Virus genome (UHGV): UHGV-0103738
Reading direction: 5' to 3' (one strand)
From: a virus
DNA: 24,037 bases
Shown here piece after piece: positions 23,766-24,037 of the stretch. The position numbers and the translations under genes were made by a program. Within the stretch, counting starts at the first letter, position 1; each line of letters begins with the position of its first letter. Below the pieces are notes generated by a model that was given only the letters and a program-made list of their open reading frames with translations, had not been told where the DNA came from and searched no databases.

Positions 23766-24037
23766 TACTTCTTGCTGATAAACTCTTTAGCGATAAAGTT
23801 GATTACTTCTTTCAGCTTCTTGTCTGTATCGATGCACGCTGGTAATTCTTCTTTAATATCCTGCGGCAGATACACATTGCCTTTAAAGTGGAGGAAACCA
23901 TCATTACCAATCATGTAGGAGAACATCCATTCACAATCGTTATCCGCTTCCCAGAACGCCACGGTCTCATCCCCAATCAAGGTAATGTCCATGTTGCGAC
24001 GCGCTGCGTAGTTGATGATTGCTTTACCGATGTTCAT
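23765..24037 (-). CDS. Hypothetical protein (90 aa as seen; ATG falls exactly at the window edge, so it may extend upstream)
   Basis: ORF ending in a TAATG overlap with the next gene. No recognised motif. Confidence 0.45.
   Translation of the reverse strand: MNIGKAIINYAARRNMDITLIGDETVAFWEADNDCEWMFSYMIGNDGFLHFKGNVYLPQDIKEELPACIDTDKKLKEVINFIAKEFISKK

Noticed and set aside
1-24037. CRISPR arrays, tRNA or rRNA genes
   Set aside because: No regularly spaced direct repeats and no intergenic region long enough or cloverleaf-like. All sizeable non-coding gaps are explained by terminators and ribosome-binding sites.

Overview
This window looks like the late (virion structural and lysis) region of a tailed, siphovirus-like enterobacterial phage or prophage on the + strand, followed by a convergently transcribed – strand block centred on a large serine recombinase. 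Plus-strand order: portal (partial), prohead protease/scaffold-like linker/major capsid protein in one frame, small connector candidates, a tail-tube-like paralogue, a long side tail fibre with a C-terminal self-cleaving chaperone domain, major tail tube protein, tail assembly chaperones, tape measure protein, minor tail proteins, a lambda gpI/gpJ-like tip protein, small membrane proteins, a very basic protein and a peptidase M15-type lysin. The most unusual signal is that the two most codon-optimised genes (capsid and tail tube) both end in TGA-ACT and are followed in frame by ~41-42 stop-free codons encoding a Pro/Glu-rich linker plus a similar basic tail, each ending 5 nt before a near-identical terminator hairpin; this suggests programmed stop-codon read-through on both proteins. 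Other candidates are nested in-frame initiation inside the protease-capsid ORF, a frameshifted chaperone pair without a canonical slippery heptamer, a tail-tube paralogue carrying a fibre motif, and a terminator-delimited recombinase module with secreted and membrane proteins. All calls are from reading the sequence and from remembered family features; no database search was run, and similarities to lambda proteins are from memory.
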